The position numbers were made by a program, and so were the translations under genes. From Somniosus microcephalus (taxonomy: Eukaryota): a DNA stretch of 64,000 bases. The notes beneath the pieces are model-generated. The model had not been told where the DNA came from, did not search any database, and saw only the letters and a list, made by a program, of their open reading frames with translations. Shown here one piece after another: positions 37,626-50,960 of the stretch (positions within the stretch are counted from its first letter, which is position 1; each line of letters opens with the position of its first letter). The stretch spans positions 51,026,001 through 51,090,000 of the forward strand of contig CM126223.1 of NCBI GenBank assembly GCA_052327205.1, written 5' to 3'.

Positions 37626-39944
37626 TTGGACAATTTTGCAGAGACAAAAAGTTGAGCTTTTAAATTTGTACTTAATTGCAATTTCAAATCGTCCTAAAAA
37701 TACTGAACTGCAGTCAAATTAATTTAACTATGTAAAAGGAAGATTGCAGAGCAACATGATAAATAAGGTATTTTCTTCAAAATAGACATCAAATGAAAAA
37801 CTATTAGCAGAAGGATTTTAAAAGCAGTTTTGCCAAATCTGTTTTAACTGGTATAACCAATGTAAAGAGTACTTATAACTGCCTGAACTCTAAACAAATG
37901 GTATGGCTCTTTTGTAAAGCAAAAAGCTATGCTACCTCAAGTAGTTTTTTTCCAGGTCTGACATTTGTAAATATTTATCTGTCAAGAAGTCTTCATTGGA
38001 GTGGAGTAACATAAGATGCCCATTGGATATTTTTCATTGGAGTCGCATCTACCGACAAATGATTTCCTTTAAAATTAACCAAAGTGTCTGATATATTGAT
38101 TTCTGAATAGGTAATGGCAGTTTTTTTTCCATTTACTGGAAATGAGTAAACAAGGTCCAAAACATGGGCATAATTTAACATACTTCGATCATAAAATTAC
38201 AAACTTAGATACAACTCAGGTAGCATCATTCTCCCAAGATTAACACAAGAACAATCTCACACCCTGCAATGAATCAAATCCACCCCTTCCCAAATTAAAG
38301 TAAGCAACTGCCATAAAAACAAAATCAGTGGCTGTTGGCTAGTCACCAACTGCTTGGCCCTCTCAGCAGAGCACCAACAATTTACAGACTTGATAAAGGA
38401 AATGCTACATCTGATGATCGGAGACCCATGACTTTGCATAATTTTCTAAGAAATTTTGACTGCATAAAACCCAGTATATTATTTAAATTTAATGAATTGA
38501 TTTTGTGAGCAGTGGAAATTGCTTTTTAAATTAAAGCCTTAGAGCGTCAACCAATAATCTGATGGGGTTAAAATCACAGTCTATTCTCCGCCCAAATGTT
38601 TCTATGAAACCAAATTAAATTATTTCATTCTAAGAGTAGAATTTAATAAGAACCATAGTAAAGCCCAAACGTATGCATCTCTAATATATGTAAATCTCAG
38701 CTATTGGCAAGTTTTATCTGTATATCAATTCCTTTAAAGTAACCTAGTGTCAATCCTCTTATATGGGGAGAACATAAATATTTTAATTAAGTATATATAT
38801 TTGAATCATGTGTATTAATTTTTCACAATTAGAATCATTTTAATCAATGCATTATATTCTTTGTTGAGCTCAATATTGTTTTAGATCTATTGCACTGTAA
38901 TTTATGATTCAATATTTAAAGAAAAATCATCAAAAAAAACTCAGCTAACACAAGTAACAGCTCTCCATCACACTTGTCAATTAAATCTACACTTGGCTAA
39001 CTTAATTGGAAATCTAGTAATGAAGGTGATAAAACACACAGGTATAAATAACCTAAATAATGCATCAGATTTTCTGGAAAAAAAAGTTATTTGCGTCACT
39101 CAGTTTTACAGATGCAAGTTCATTGGTATGACTTTACTTCAGGAGCACTGCAATACTTGGAAACATAAGGACTATAGCACTGAACTGCACTCTGCCATAA
39201 ATCAACACTGCAGGCTGCAGAATGTCTCCTCAGTACCAACAAAGCATCAATTTTTTACAGGCTACCTGAATAATGAAAAACATTAATGTAAGTCACAGTA
39301 ATAAAACATGAAATGTTTCACACGGCAGAACAAAGGGACAATGAGAAATGCTAACATTGTCACAAAGTGTGCTTTGTATCAAAAGCTTATTTTTTTTCTC
39401 TGCCATAGGCACTGCATATAAATAGAGGAGATGCCCCATTTAGGTATGAATATATTTCTACTACAAATAAAGGAGACCAAATAACAGTGCTGGCTATTCT
39501 TGTACAACAGAAAAAGCTGTTTATCTGTTAGGGAAATCTTCTCTTAGCCTGCAATATCTATCTCTTTCTCTCTCTTCCTCCCGCTCTGTCTCCACTGTCC
39601 CTCCCTCGCAGCCTTTCTGTCTTTCTCTATTTTAATCAGTATTATGGACAATGATCCTCTGAATTTCTATTGCACATTCCCCCATAACACTTACATATTC
39701 TAATTCTTTCCTACATCTCCTGTGTTGAAATCAAGGACGCACACCATCTCATACTCTAACTCATCCTTTCCTAGGACTTTAGAACTGTGGAACTCTAACT
39801 CCCTCAGTCTTCCCATTCTCCAGGCTTTTAGAAATCAAGCTTGGCATCATCCCATCATTATTTCCTGATATGCCTGGTCTTTTCTTTGACTCTTGCCTTT
39901 GTGGCAGTGTCCTGCATGATACCCTTCACTTTGGTTTCTCAATA

Positions 39945-41062
39945 TTTTTTAAATTTGTTTATGGGATCAGGGCGTCGCTGGCAATGCCAGCATTTATTGC
40001 CCATCCCTAATTGCCCTTGAGGTGGTGGTGAGCCGCCTTCTTGAACTGTTGCAGTCCATGTAGCGATGGTACTCCCACAGTGCTGTTAGGTAGGGAGTTC
40101 CAGGATTTTGACCCAGCGGCGATTAAAGATCGGCGATATACTTCTAAGTCAGGATGGTGTGTGACTTGGAGGGGAACTTGGAGGTGGTGGTGTTCCCATG
40201 CGCCTGCTGCCCTTGTCCTTCTAGGTGGAAGAGGTCGCGGGTTTGGGAGGTGCTGCCGAAGAAGCCTTGGCGAGTTGCTGCAGTGCATCTTGTAGATGGT
40301 ACACACTGCAGCCACGGTACGCCGGTGGTGGAGGGAGTGAATGTTTAAGGTGGTGGATGGGGTGCCAATCAAGCGGGCTGCTTTGTCCTAGATGGTGTCG
40401 AGCTTTTTGAGTGTTGTTGGAGCTGCACTCATCCAGGCACGTGGAGAGTATTCCATCACACTCTTTACTTGTGCCTTGTAGATGGTGGAAAGGCTTTGGG
40501 GCGTCAGGAGGTGAGACACTTGCTGCAGAATACCTAGCCTCTGACCTGCTCTTGTTGCCCCAGTATTTATGTGGCTGGTCCAGTTAAGTTTCTGGTTAAT
40601 GGTGACCCCCCCAGGATGTTGATAGTGGGGGATTCGGCGATGGTAATGCCACTGAATGTCATGGGGAGGTGGTTAGACTCTCGCTTGTTGGAGATAGTCA
40701 TTGCCCGGCACTTCTGTGGTGCGAATGTTACCTGCCACTTATCAGCCCAAGCCTGAACGTCGTCCAGGTCTTGTTGCATGCGGGCATGGACTGCTTCATT
40801 ATCTGTGGAGCTGTGAATGGCGCTGGACACTGTGCAGTCATCAGCGAACATCCCCATTTCTGACCTTATGTTGGAGGGAAGGTCATTGATGAAGCAGCTG
40901 AAGATGGTTGGGCCTAGGACACTGCCCCGAGGAACTGCTGCAGTGATGTCCTGGGGCTGTGATGATTGACCTTCAACCACCACAACCATCTTCCTTTGTG
41001 CTAGGTATGACTCCAGCCAGTGGAGTGTTTTCCCCCTGATTCCCATTGACTTCAGTTTTACT
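39945..41062 (-). mobile_element. CR1-like LINE (second lineage), 5'-truncated
   Basis: ORFs 40567-41121 (VPRGSVLGPTIFSCFINDLP..MFADD) and 40007-40372 (SLHHRRTVAAVC..KSWNSLP). Tail shared with the SINE at 97-460. Confidence 0.9.
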
Positions 41063-43565
41063 GTTATAAAAAGGTTATTAAAAAAGAAAATTCCAGTGAG
41101 CACTGATATAAATTTGGACAATTATTTTAAATCAAGTAATTTTCACCTTGGTCCAGAGAAGTTTGGCTACCACCTTCAAAATCTCCTTAGCAAGGATTGC
41201 GTCCTCAAAACAATGAATTTGGAACATCTATCAGCGAGCTTATTTAAATTTCTATGTCATGTGAATACTACAAATAAATATTCCAACTCTCCAACTTTAC
41301 CATTAAGCACTCAAAATTATTAAATAGTCCCCAATTTAGTCAAGTATCCATCCAACTTCCCTAACCTCCTCAATGTAGAGGAATGTCTTGGTTACCAGTA
41401 TTTTTTTTGTAACTTTACAGTTTCAATGAGTCACGAGGCTGAAGTTTTAGCTAGCCTGTAATGTGCTGTACAATAATGTACTTGCAAAGTCATGGAATAT
41501 TTAGCAGATGGCATCTCAACCACTTTCTTGAATGGATTATGCAAAAGAAAAAGGGCAAGTTCAAGGCCTACACTTTGTCCTCCACTTTTCTGGTGAAGTA
41601 GTTTCCCTCTGCTCAACGTTTCCATCTAACAGCTTGGCCCAAGACTGGGAATTCACGATGTGAGAAATAATGGGCGTTAACCTACTTCCTACCCCCTTCA
41701 AGGCATGTACTTAGTGGAACATTATTGATTCTAAAATGCAAAATTAATTTAACTCTTCCTTTTTGTCAAGCATTGAAGTAAATATAACTTTCCAGTGGTC
41801 ACTAGTCACGAATGATTGTATTCAATGTAGTAAATCGCTGACTTGAGTATTGCCCAGCATCTAGGCTTCATGGAGTGTTCCAAATTACTCTCTGTGTGTG
41901 ACTTTAGCCTTCAAAAAATTTGGCAAAAGCTAAACGAACTTATTACCAAAGTCTGATGTTGTTCACCACTATAAACCTTAAACAAACGGGCTTGTTATGC
42001 AGGTTCTAGCTTTTTCTCTAAACCGCACAGTAGTATCAAACACATGAGCTAATCAACACATCAATAGACTTGAGAATGCTTGAATTATCCTGAGGTCATA
42101 ATGGCCTTTAGTTTACAGTGTTCAAGCAATAGATGAAGACCAGGTCAAAAAGTTACATCCCCATGGAAATACAGTGCACTTTAACATTTTCTCTGAACCA
42201 CTGCCCATAAACCTTTAAGACAAATAAAGCCATGCTTTCATTAAATTATACTTTGTGCACTTTAACTAAATTCCAGTCCTAAACAGTTGTAAAATTAATA
42301 ACTTCTTGTAAAAGCAACAGACTGCAGAGTATCAAGACTTCAAAATAACCATTTGGCTTGTCTGTCTGGGACAAGCATAAGCATACTGTGAAGAGGACAA
42401 GTTTATCACTGCCTCTCCCAGAGAGAAGTACATAAGGTCTGAATTATTAGATTTAAGTTGAAGCCACCAAGAACACAACCCAGACTACAGTAATAGGTTA
42501 GGTCCACTGCGACGAAGGCAAAAGGCTAGCTATAGTAAATTTCTGCTGTATTTTCATATGCCTGTTTTAATTTTAATTGCAGTCTCAGTTCCGTGTGTGC
42601 ACATTTGGAGGGTGGTTCAGGAGGGGGCGTGGGAAAGACTGCATTACTTTTAACCCTTTAGGATATTTTACGCATGCTTTCTGATACCAATGACTTAAAT
42701 TATTTATCAGATATAAGTATCACCATCATGCTGCGTCAGTTTGTAGTGAGTATTTCTATAATAGAGGCACAGAAACTCAAGATCCAGGACAGACTAATCA
42801 GCATATACAGACCAGAATAAATATCTGATTAAAACAGAAAACTCCTAATAATCTGATTCACTCCTAGTAAATAGCTACAATTTAATATTTTTTGGTAAAC
42901 TAACCAAGTGTTCAGAAAACCACAAAGTATCTTTTTGATAAAATTCCTACCACCTTAGAATAAACTTAAGTGATACTCGATTGCATTGTTCATGGTGTGA
43001 ACAAAATACAGAAATATTGTTGTGGTCTGGACAGTTTCATTCAACTGTCCTTTACCATTTAACACAGTAATCTCACCAGGGAGAAGGCGAACAGAATCAG
43101 ATCTGCTGGGAGACTGCACTTGCTCAACTTCCAGATGTTTCAAATGCTATTATTGCATCAAATCTAATCTCTTTTCTGAAATCTTAGGAAGAGTGATTTA
43201 CATTAAAAAAAAACTATTTCTCCTCATTAAGGTAGTCAGTACAATCTCCTGTTACTGGAAAACGCATTATAAACTTTTGTTTGTCTTTCAAATGTCTTAA
43301 TTTGCTCGTCATTTTCACAGCCAGATTAATTCTGTTCCAAGAAATTTGGAGATGAATTTTACTGGCTGTCTGCCTCCAATAAAGTTTCCTTTAGACTAAG
43401 CAGCAGTCTGTCCAAATTTACGAACCGTTAGTAATTTACTATCATTATACAGTAGTCAGTCACTGTGTAAATCAAAAAATGAGAGAGAGATCAACAGGCT
43501 ACCTTTCAGTTTGTTTTCATATTCATAAAGTTTCCAAATCTCACTTACAGGTGATAAAACATAAT

Positions 43566-44152
43566 GGCCTAGAAATTTGGTTTTGGCGCAGCGACGGCTT
43601 TAGCGCCGGAAGTTAGTGCCGGAGCTAAGTCGCGCTGGGCGTGCCAAAAATTCACTAGTTCTGCGCCCAAACGGCTGCCGGCGCTGCTGAAAGCTGTTTG
43701 CGCCTGAAAACTGGCGCTACGCGCTGAATTGCGGCGCTATTCCGGCGCTGCGGCGCCCGCTGCGGTGCGGCAGGTTCGGGAAGTGCAGGCCTCCTCCTTC
43801 CCTTAAGGACTTAAGAAGTCCGGGGAGGGAGCTGCGGCCAGGCGGCCGGCGGGAAAGCGGCCGGCCGCCGCGGGGCCTTTAATGCGCCGGCGCAAAGTCC
43901 AGTAAGGCACCTCTGCCAGAACGTTGCTTGCGGCTGCCACGGGCGAGGCGGCCGCAAGTCAATTTCGGAGTTCGGGCGGGTTACCATGGCAACCGGGACG
44001 CTGCGCACACCGATGACGTCATCGGTGCCGGCGCAGCGCTAACGGCCTAACGCCGATTTAGGGACCCACTCAATTTCCAAACTGGCCATAACTCCGGCGC
44101 TAGGCCCTCTAGCGCCTCAAAAGCGGCGCTAAGCCTACCGAATTTCTAGGCC
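43566..44152. mobile_element. CpG-rich PIF/Harbinger-like MITE
   Basis: TIR ggcctagaaatttgg / ccgaatttctaggcc (14/15), flanks AAT/TAT, many internal GGCGC/GCGCC motifs. Confidence 0.85.
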
Positions 44153-44649
44153 TATATCTGTTACCATTGCAGAGGTAAAAAGACAATTTAACAAAATACA
44201 TTCAAGGTGGAAACTACAGTACTAAGTGACCATTAATTAGGTGTAATCCTCAATAGCGAGTGCCACACATAAGTGATGCCTACTTAGAACTGTTACTTTC
44301 TACCATGATAAAAGTCTATGCCGTCAGCAGAAGAGGGAAAGGAAGAAAATTAGAAAAGAAAATATAGTACTGAGGTGTCTCAGCCAATAACTTATCAATT
44401 CAAGAGCTGGATCCAACAATTAATTTTCTCCCCACACCCACTGTTTCAGTTTGAGAGTTTAATGCACATTAATTCTCATCATGAGGCCTCTGATAATCCA
44501 AATCATTGCATATCGGAGCAGCACTTAGATCTCCCAACTAATTCAATTTTTTGAAACAAATCTTGGTCATTACATCACTAATAGTTGGAAACAATCCTTT
44601 CCCTCCAAAGGAGTTTGAATCAACAGGAATGTATTGTACTAATTGCTAT

Positions 44650-45923
44650 GAAAATCACAATATGATTCGGCAAAGTCAACACGGTTTTATGAAAGGGAAA
44701 TTAGAGTTTTTTGAGGATGTAACTAGCAGGGTAGATAAGGGGGAACCAGTGGATGTAGTATATTTGGATTTTCAGAAAGCAATTGATAAGGTGCCACACA
44801 ATAGGTTGTTACACAAAATTAGGGCTCATGGGATTGGGATAAACATATTAGCATGGATTGAGAATTGGTTAACAGACAGAAAACAGAGAGTAGGAATAAA
44901 TGGGTCATTTTCAAGATGGCAGGGTGTAACTAGTGGAATGCCAGAAGGATCAGTGCTTGGGCCTCAGCTACTTACAATCTATATCATTGGCGTAGATAAG
45001 GGGACCGAGTGTAATATGTCAAGTTTGTGGACGATACAAAGCTAGGTGGGCGAAAGTAAGCTGAAGTTGTGAGAAGGCCGCAAAGAGGCTGCAAAGGGAT
45101 ACAGATTGGACAAGAAGGTGACAGATAGAGTATAATATGAGGAAGTGTGTAATTATCCACTTTGGTAGGAAGAATGGAAAAGCAGAATATTTTTTAAAAG
45201 GTGAAAGACGAGTAAATTTTGGAATTGAGAGGGATTTGAGTGTCCTTGTACATGAATCATAGGAGCTTAACATGCAGGTACAGCAGGCAATTTGGAAGGC
45301 AAATGGTATGTTAGTCTTTATTGCAAGGGAGTTGGAGCACAAGAGTAAGAAAGTATTGCTGCAAATATATAGGGCTTTGGTGAGATCACACCTGGAGTAC
45401 TGTGTATAGTTTTAGTCCCCTTACCTAAGGAAGGATGTACTTGCCTTAGAGGGCGTGCAACAAAGGTTCACTAGATTGATTCCTGGGATAAGAGGGCTGT
45501 CCTATGAGGAGAGATTGAGTAGAATGGGTTTATATACTCTCTGGAGTTTAGAAGAATGAGAGGTGATCTCATTGAAAGGGATAAAATTCTTAGAGGGCTT
45601 GACAGGGTAGATGCCGAGAGGCTGTTTCCCCTGGTTGGAGAATCTAGAACTAGGGGGGTCATAGTCTCAGAGGACTGAGATGAGGAGAAATTTCTTCACT
45701 CAGAGATTTGTGAATCTTTCCAATTGTCTACCCCGAAGGGCTGTGGATGCTCAGTCGTTGAATATATTCAAACTGAGATCGATAGATTTTTGGGCACTAT
45801 GCGTTATGTCGATAGGGCAGGAAAGTGGAGTTGATGTAAATGTTCAGCCATGATCTTATTGAATGACGGAGCAGGCTTGATGGGCCGTATGGCTTACTCC
45901 TGCTTCTACTTCTTATGTCCTTA
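44650..45923 (+). mobile_element. CR1 (HER1-type) LINE, 5'-truncated, degraded
   Basis: ORF 44551-45045 (QHGFMKG..YLDFQKA.DKVPH..GSVLGP); 3' tail to ttcttatgtcctta. Confidence 0.92.
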
Positions 45924-46661
45924 ACAGGGGAGTCCAATAGCTTGGCAGTCATCTGTGGCCATGATTTCAAGTCCCATTAAAAGCTGGCCCTGCAATTTCT
46001 GATTTCCCCCATGTATATATACCAGTGCATCAAGGACATGCAGGACCTATGTCAATTGTACCACTTTTCAATTTTCTCTCCCATTCTTCAATAATCATCA
46101 GCTAATATCCATTGAACGGCTTTGGAAAGAAGTTTATAAGCGATCTCCCTAAAGACAAAGTTATTTTTGATTGGTTCCTGGAAAATTAGTATTTTCTTAC
46201 CCAACGCTGGTTGATAAATAAATGTGCTTGTTTTGCTAACATACTATATTTCTATAAATAAATCTCTGCATGTAAGCAGCATATATACTGTCCAACTGCT
46301 TAAGTGTGTAAGTTTCTACAGCAGAGGCCAAGGTATATATTAAAATTAAGAAAAGATTAATCTAAGTTGCATCTTTCCTTTTGTAGCATTTATCTCTGCA
46401 AACACTTAAGTGTTGCCAAAATGTTCTGCTTAAAGAAATATGTTTAAATTCAGGACTTATACTCAGCACCTTCCTCCAAATTTCAATAATGGTACAGTGC
46501 TTCCAGAACTTGTCACAGTTTAAGAATCATTTGTTTTCTTGGTAATTGATATAAAAGTAAACAAAAGAAACACAGCTCGTGTTTTACATTACAAAATATA
46601 GCCCTGTTCCAAATCGTTCCCAGCCAAGCCCTTCCAACTCACCACTTTTCACTTCAGATAT

Positions 46662-47001
46662 GGAGTGGGCCTTTGGCGTAGCGGTAGCATCCTGCCGCTG
46701 GGCCAGAAGGTGTAGGGTTTCGAACCCCGCTCTAGACAGTCCCGGCAAGTGGAGTCAGAGCTCCGGCTCTAAATTCTGGGTTGACATCCAGCGGGATACT
46801 TGCGTCTGTGGGTGTGGGTGGCCCCCCCGCCTCGTATGGGTTGTGGGAGCCCGTAAAACCCTCCCGCCATAGGACTAACCACCCTAATGGTTGGTATGTA
46901 GATTGTTACGGTCACGGAAGGAGCGTTAACGCGGCCAGAAATCCTTCCACCACTTCATACAGTTCCCCAAAGGGAACAGTGTGAAGACACGTACGACAAC
47001 G
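46662..47001 (+). mobile_element. Young tRNA-derived SINE, family not recognised
   Basis: 11-bp TSD ACTTCAGATAT (46651-46661 / 47002-47012), A box TGGCGTAGCGG, B box GGTTTCGAACC, 3' stem-loop and (ACG/ACA)n tail. Confidence 0.82.
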
Positions 47002-48163
47002 ACTTCAGATATACATATTTTCTGTGAATGGTCATTCATGCTATCAAATCACAAAAAAATCCTAGTGTGATAGATGCATGTTGAGAGCTGTAGCCTGCAA
47101 TCTTGTTGAGTTTCTTCAGCAAGAAAGGCCCAGAAAGCCACATGTTGGTTCCAAAGAGATGCCTGCCATGGCTTTTTTTCATGACAGTCCACCACTGATA
47201 ACTCATCGACTGTATACCCCGCTGACTCCAGAGAATGATGTCAAATGCCTTTGTATATCCAAAAAGCATTCGTCCAAGTACAATCTGAATTATGATTTCT
47301 ATAAAGGTAGGCAAGCTGGGTCCAACTGGGATTTTCCTCTGTTAATGTGAAGAATGAACCAGTTGAAAACTACTGTGTGGAAGACATCTCACCTATCTTC
47401 GACCTTGGACTGTTCGGAGTAGACCAACATCCCAACATATGTAACCATATATATGGATGGTTAACAGACACTTATTTTGTGAATATCCGTGAGTCACAAA
47501 TTCTGGCCAAGGGCCATAATCCTATATTGCAGTATCTGCACACGATCTGGGGCACACTCATAGGAACTTGAGAATTTAACAATGAGAAAATGTTATTTCA
47601 GTTCATCTAGTCACTTCCTTGTTTTGGTCCACATTCCACTTTTATTTCTCTCCTGGCACAGTGCTCAGTCCATCTCCCATTACTCCTTGTTGAATCAGAA
47701 ATTAAAATTACTTTTTCACTGAACCAATTCTACATTCAGTGTACTTGGTAGAATTTTATTCCATAAGTTAATAATACTATAAAATTAGCTGGCCTTTACA
47801 TTCACTTCTTAGTTTACATCTCCTGGTTTCTACATCCACTCCGCTCATTTATTTCAGGTTGAAAACTTGGATTAAATGTTCCTGTTTCAAGGAGAACCGA
47901 TTTAGCTCTCTAGCTTTTCTTTACTGCTTACTGATTGAACGTCTAATATGCATTTTTGCCTCCCGTGAAATTTCCTGATGCTACTGTACCCTTTTGTAAG
48001 TACAGGGAGTAAACTTAGATACAATCCTCTTAGATACAATCCTAATAGCAATAAGACCTCTGAACATGCCATTTATTAGAATGGTAACGGGATAATTAAT
48101 TTGAAAGTTTCCTTTTTAAGAAACCTGGGTCGATGATTGTTCTAAGCTCCCTTTTTAGCAGAC

Positions 48164-48752
48164 CATAAAGTATTACATGGAATACACAGCACAGAAACAG
48201 GCCATTCGGCCCAACCTGTCCATGCTGGTATTTATGCTCCACTCGAGCCTCCTCCCATCCTTCCTCATCTAACTCTATCAGCAAAACTCTCTATTCCCTT
48301 CTCCCTCATACGCTTATCTAGCTTCCCTTTAAATGCATATATACTATTCGCCTCAATTACTCCCTGTGGTAGAGAGTTCCACATTCTCACTACTCTCGGG
48401 GTAAAGTAGTTTCTTCTGAATTCCCTATTTGATTTCTTGGTGACTATCTAACATTGAAAAAGGAAGATCTTCTATTGATGGCCTCCAGTTTTGCTCTTCC
48501 CCACAAGTGGAAACACTCTCTCTCTGTCAAAGACTTCAGTTAAGTCACCCCTCAGCCTTCTCTTTGAGAGAAAAAGAGACCAGCCTGTTCATCCTTTCCT
48601 GATGGGTATACCCTCGCATTTCTGGCATCATCCTTCTAAATCCATTTTGCACCCTCTCCAGCGCCTCTATATCCTTTTAATAATATGGTGACCAAAACTG
48701 CACACAGTACTCCAAGTATGGTCTAACCAAGGTTCAATATAAGGTTTAGTAT
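48164..48752 (-). mobile_element. CR1 3' fragment
   Basis: acagcacagaaacaggccattcggccc tail; reverse complement encodes LVRPYLEYCVQFWSP. Confidence 0.88.
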
Positions 48753-50924
48753 CTAGAATAAAACCTCCTCAATAGTATTGGAGAGAAATACAGCACCCAT
48801 CTCACTTGATTAATCACACTGAAGTGGCGAAACCAAAACCCCTGTATCCAAGAGGGCGACCCTGAAAAGTGAATTTTACATCTGCATGCATCTCCTGCCA
48901 ACTTTTCCCATTATAAACTTCCTGTGGCCACATTTATAATGAAAACTGCATATGTAAACTTTGTCAGACTGTAATTACACCCTCCTGTGGGTGGAACACT
49001 GGAGCTTAATCCAGCACAATGGAGCATAATCTTAAAATTAAAGCTAGGCCACTTTGGAGTGAAATCAGGAAGCACTTTTTCACACAATGGGTAGCCTTCC
49101 CCCCAAGGCACTGGTCCCTTTGAACTCTATTGGAAGTAGTTAACAGTATCACATTGGAACGTGTTAATACCAGAAGAGAGCTGGGATTTCAGTGCTAAGA
49201 ACATTCAGTGTTCCATGTTCACCAAAGATCCTCAGGTGTTTGGTAGCATTCCGCAATAATCAATATCTGAAATTATCAGAGTAATTAAAATTCTTTGTTG
49301 GATACTTTTGTGCTTTTTTAACAATCATTAAAGATTTACTGCTTACCTCTTTGCTGCAGTGACATCAGTACTAGCATTGATACTGTATCACTTGCAGTTT
49401 GGTTAGCACTAAAGTATGCAGGTGCAAAAGACTTTAAAGTCTAAACTAGATACATTACTGGAGCACTTTCAAGCCAAAACCACATATAAAGAAAAAACTA
49501 CAAACATGCATGCAAACAAAAATAATTACGTTTTTACTACTGCATTGTTAAAGAAATATTGCAAATAGTAATGGACTTCCTGGCATGAAATATAAAGTTC
49601 AGTGTCCCAAGAGTCCTAATCATCTTCCAATCTATAAACAAAGATTCTGGAATAATATACAGATGTGAAACTTAAACCTGTAAGCATTTTTGGGCACAAC
49701 ATTAATAATAAATATTAAGTGTTATGAGTTAAAACCCCAGTATAAAGAGAATTCTTTTAGCTCATTATCCCATAAATCAAGGCTATACATTTGAACAGAT
49801 TATTAGGTTGTAAGCTTTGTTGCAGAACAAAGCCAAGGCAAAAAAAAATCAAGAGCGCAGCAAGGCACTGTTAAAATTTATGCAGGCTGGCATTTTTTCC
49901 ATGTCTGCTGAAGGCTTCCACTTTGATATGACACATATTGAATGGATCATCCTAGTGCTAGGCGCCAGGCCAGTTTTTATCTTAATGCAGACAGGGCGGC
50001 GACACAGACCCTAATGGTCCTTATCTTGATCTTGTGTAAAAGCATCTTGGATTTCTGAGTGATCCTTCTAGTTTCTGACACTCCCTTTCTAACACTGCAG
50101 ATGACGAAGGCAGTTTTTGTAATAAGGGACATTACACCATTTTATCCCACTAACGTACTGTACACCAAGAATATTTTCCTGGCTAGATTTAAAAGAAAAT
50201 ATACCTCAAGAACTTCTAAAATAATTTAAAAGTACATAAAACAGTACATATACAGTTAATAATTTGTTTAGTACTTTTCAAGGAACCTGAAAGTTTCAAT
50301 CTCTAATGTTTAATTTTACCGCATTAATATTTTGCATCCTGTCCAAAGTTATTTTGTTTTTAAAAGCAGTCTTAACTGTCTTTAAAAAAAACTGCAAATT
50401 CTCTGACCACCTCCAAATTTATAATGCAACCAATAATTGTGATCAGAGCTTTCTTTAAGCTATTTAAGTTATACATTCCCATAAGCATTTTTTGAGATCG
50501 AAGATAGTTCTCTTTACATCACGCAATGGAAGTCCAAGGAGTGAGTGAAGCCTTTTTCTCCCCCACATTTGATGGCCATATTTAACCATTCTAATTGAGG
50601 GATCAGGCTTTTGTGGCGACCCAGTACCACATAATTGGGACACACAATTTACAGATCTATGGTTCTGCATTCAAGTCCCAGTAATGTAGAACATACAAAT
50701 CCACCTGCGCGAAGATTTTCTCCTGAACCCAAAAACCTCATCAAACTTGCTATTAAAGCCACTGGGGTCATCACAAATGCCTTCATTTAAATCCCTAAAT
50801 AATTGTAATTCAATGCTTTGCCAATTCAACTGCTTTTCAAGTTTGCATATATTAAATCACTGCATCACTTAGTTAATAGAACAGCTCCATTATGTGAGCC
50901 TAACCTAGGCATTCTAAATAAATA

Positions 50925-50960
50925 CGATAGCAAAATACTGCGGATGCTGGAAATCCGAAA
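50925..50960 (-). mobile_element. 36-bp Penelope-terminus micro-insertion with 14-bp TSD
   Basis: attctaaataaata at 50911-50924 and 50961-50974 flanks cgatagcaaaatactgcggatgctggaaatccgaaa. Confidence 0.65.

Noticed and set aside
43566-44152. CpG island marking a host gene promoter or first exon
   Set aside because: Exactly bounded by TIRs, so it is a transposon; no associated exon or credible ORF.
46662-46735. Possible tRNA gene
   Set aside because: No complete cloverleaf or acceptor stem and no Pol III terminator; it is the head of a TSD-flanked SINE.
49347-49440. Open minus-strand segment ending in a good donor (AGAG|gtaagc)
   Set aside because: Weak acceptor, peptide TLKSFAPAYFSANQ... 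has no FANCJ similarity, and 94 nt would shift the frame.
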